Shown here piece by piece: positions 5,542 to 7,328 of a stretch of DNA of 7,328 nucleotides. A program made the position numbers and the translations under genes. The notes below the pieces were generated by a model, which saw only the letters and a list, made by a program, of their open reading frames with translations, searched no databases and was not told where the DNA came from. How positions within the stretch are numbered: position 1 is the first letter of the stretch; each line of letters starts with the position of its first letter. The DNA comes from a virus (taxonomy: Duplodnaviria; Heunggongvirae; Uroviricota; Caudoviricetes): IMG/VR virus record IMGVR_UViG_2660238209_000013, positions 1 to 7,328 of that record; one strand, 5' to 3'.

Positions 5542-6916
5542 TTTCCACTGGTCAGGCCACCCTGCAGCAGGTCTGCTTTGCGGCTGGCGCGTTCAGTGGT
5601 TTCACTGATTCTCTGTGCGTGCTCTGCGTCGCGGATGGCGCGCAGCATGTCAGAAAGCACGGTAACGGGTGTTTTCATGGTGTTCTGATCCTGCTGAAGT
5701 GCGGATGCCAGGCGTGCGGCGGCTTCGGGGTCTGATGCCCCCAGCTGTGCCAGATAGCTGGCGACCGGGTTATGGCGGATCTCCGTGCTGCTTACGCCGT
5801 GATTACGGCTCAGGTGCTGCCAGAGCTGCGTGATTCGGCTGTCCGGGCGGGGATCCGGTTTGCGTACAATTTCATATCCCTGCGGTGCAATGATGCTGCC
5901 GTCAACGTACAGGCTGCCGCCCCGTAGCAGGTGCTGCATCTGCTGTTCACCGATATGCAGGCCGAGAGATTCGGCAGACTCCCGCCATTCTTTAGCGAGT
6001 AATTCGTGGTTATCAGGCAAAGGCCGCTGCTGTTTGCGGCTCTGTGTCCAGCTCTGCATTTCATCACTGCTGTTTTTTGCCTGTTTGTCACGAAGCGAAC
6101 GCATCAGCGCCCGGCGTTCGTGCCGTTTCAGTGAGCGCATCCATTCGTTCACTTCAACGCCGTCAGGGAGCTGCGGCCACGGTGCTGGCCGTTCTTCCGG
6201 CTGTTCTGCCCCGTTGTTGTCCGTTTCCTGTACACGGGGACAGTTATTGCCACGAGTCCAAGGGGCGGCAGGGCCGCCCTGAAGGTCAAAACCATTTTCG
6301 CGGGCGCTGTCTTCCGTTTCCGGTTTACGTCTTACCAGTTTCCAGTTATCCGGATGCGTGCACACACGGGAGGATTCCCCGATGAGTGGTGACCAGATCC
6401 CGTAAATCTGTACGCTCTGTTCGCCGTAATCATTCAGCTCATCTGCGAGGTCGTAGGCGGTGCGAATCAGGTAGTCTTTGCGTGGAACAAGTACGCCGCC
6501 CTGTTTTTCAATGTAGGTGGCAAAACACCCGGCATCGGCGGCAGCGAGTACCGCATCCATTGCATCATCTTTCAGCCGTTGCGGGCCTTCCGGATTGCGT
6601 GCCATCTGGCTGGCAAGGCGGCGCAGTTCACGCCACACCTGACGGGAGGGGATGCCAAAGAACTGGAACTGACGGACCCGGTGAAGGCGCGCCCAGCCGA
6701 TGGCGCGCTCCACGCTCTCGGCCATTGATTTTCCGGTTTCGTGGTCAACGCGTGGCTTGCCCGTTTTCGGGTCGATGCCATCCACGGCGCGGCTGTCCAG
6801 GTTCTTTCCGATGTAGGTGGCGATGTAGCTGGTTGGTGTGCCTTTTGAGCCGTCGACATACTCCGCCTTAAAACGCGGAGTTATGTCATCGCCCAGCTCG
6901 TGGCGGTCCTCCTGAA
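5475..6916 (-). pseudogene. A: 3' portion of a gpA-like rolling-circle replication initiator (phage replication endonuclease), N-terminal part removed by IS insertion
   Basis: The minus-strand frame is open from the IS boundary (~6917) to the stop at 5475-5477 (ORF track starts at GTG 6785 but no stop intervenes upstream). I translated the sequence just inside the boundary as ...GSKGTPTSYIATYIGKNLDSRAVDGIDPK..., which contains a Y-x-x-x-Y-x-x-K motif (codons at plus-strand 6813-6827) like the paired catalytic tyrosines of P2 A and phiX174 gene A proteins. The frame runs straight into the IS terminal repeat. Position opposite Q across the accessory region matches P2 gene order. Confidence 0.65.
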
Positions 6917-6970
6917 TGAACCGCCCCGGAAATCCTGGAGACTAAACTCCCTGAGAAAGAGGTAAACAGG

Positions 6971-7297
6971 ATGACTAAAAATACTCGTTTTTCCCCCGAA
7001 GTCCGTCAGCGGGCGATTCGTATGGTTCTGGAAAGTCAGGATGAATATGACTCACAGTGGGCGGCAATTTGTTCCATTGCCCCAAAGATTGGCTGTACGC
7101 CGGAGACTCTGCGTGTCTGGGTTCGCCAGCATGAGCGGGATACCGGGGGCGGTGATGGTGGGCTCACCAGCGCTGAACGTCAGCGTCTGAAAGAGCTGGA
7201 ACGTGAAAATCGTGAACTGCGCCGCAGTAACGATATCCTTCGCCAGGCTTCCGCTTATTTTGCGAAGGCGGAGTTCGACCGCCTCTGGAAAAAATGA
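6971..7297 (+). CDS. IS3-family transposase OrfA (helix-turn-helix / leucine-zipper subunit), 108 aa
   Basis: Complete ORF. Protein [23 protein letters not shown]...[36 protein letters not shown] has the typical IS3-family OrfA HTH plus coiled-coil and a C-terminus ending at the frameshift window. AGG Shine-Dalgarno-like GAGG at 6958-6961. Confidence 0.9.
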   Translation: MTKNTRFSPEVRQRAIRMVLESQDEYDSQWAAICSIAPKIGCTPETLRVWVRQHERDTGGGDGGLTSAERQRLKELERENRELRRSNDILRQASAYFAKAEFDRLWKK

Positions 7298-7328
7298 TGC
7301 CACTGCTGGATAAGCTGCGTGAGCAGTA
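7294..7328 (+). CDS. IS3-family transposase OrfB (DDE catalytic subunit), 5' end only; expressed by -1 frameshift from orfA
   Basis: ATGATGCCACTGCTGGATAAGCTGCGTGAGCAG (7294 onward) translates [11 protein letters not shown], which matches the IS629-type OrfB N-terminus as I recall it. It is in the -1 frame relative to orfA and overlaps its stop. Runs off the window. Confidence 0.7.
   Translation, partial: MMPLLDKLREQ

Larger units (their letters stand above)
6917..7328 (+). mobile_element. IS3-family insertion sequence (IS629/IS1203-like), left end and first ~410 bp; continues beyond the window
   Basis: Left terminus begins TGAACCGCCCCGG... at ~6917 (IS3-family ends start with TG). orfA begins 54 bp inside. 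An A6G slippery motif (7289-7295) sits at the orfA stop with orfB starting in the -1 frame. The terminal sequence and OrfA/OrfB N-termini match my recollection of IS629. The exact boundary is uncertain by a few bp. Confidence 0.85.

Noticed and set aside
5455-6871. Plus-strand ORFs antisense to gene A (5455..5688, 5466..5735, 5830..6282, 6044..6385, 6386..6871) and minus-strand 5810..6091 and 6572..6859
   Set aside because: Overlap the gpA-like frame, which has a clear catalytic motif; translations are Arg/Cys/Ser-rich and non-globular; no independent start signals.
7052-7303. Minus-strand 83-aa ORF inside the IS
   Set aside because: Antisense to the recognisable transposase OrfA; no evidence of coding.

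Overview
This window is a segment of a P2-like (Peduovirinae) prophage, read in the opposite orientation to the conventional P2 map. It runs from the 3' part of the terminase large-subunit gene (gpP-like, 1..1341, +) through the translationally coupled portal gene (gpQ-like, 1341..2387, +) and a bidirectional terminator into a ~3 kb accessory region encoded on the minus strand. That region holds a 174-aa protein I cannot place in any family (2402..2926), a ~1.2 kb mostly non-coding stretch (palindromes, ~10-bp-phased GTGCA repeats, a strong sigma70-like promoter, a terminator-containing structured leader and an 89-aa ORF), and a ParM/ParR-like actin-type partition pair (4123..5398) with two palindromic ~40-bp repeats upstream. 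Beyond it lies the 3' portion of a gpA-like rolling-circle replication initiator (5475..~6916, -), whose 5' part has been cut off by an IS3-family (IS629-like) insertion starting at ~6917. The Q-to-A interval is where P2 itself carries old/tin, and it is a known hotspot for defence and cargo genes in P2-like phages. The content here (ParMR-like module, unknown 174-aa protein, structured RNA leader with small ORF) is the part worth a second look. I could not find a P2/186-type cos sequence, and with A disrupted the element is probably a defective prophage. All family assignments are from recall of protein motifs and synteny; no database search was run.
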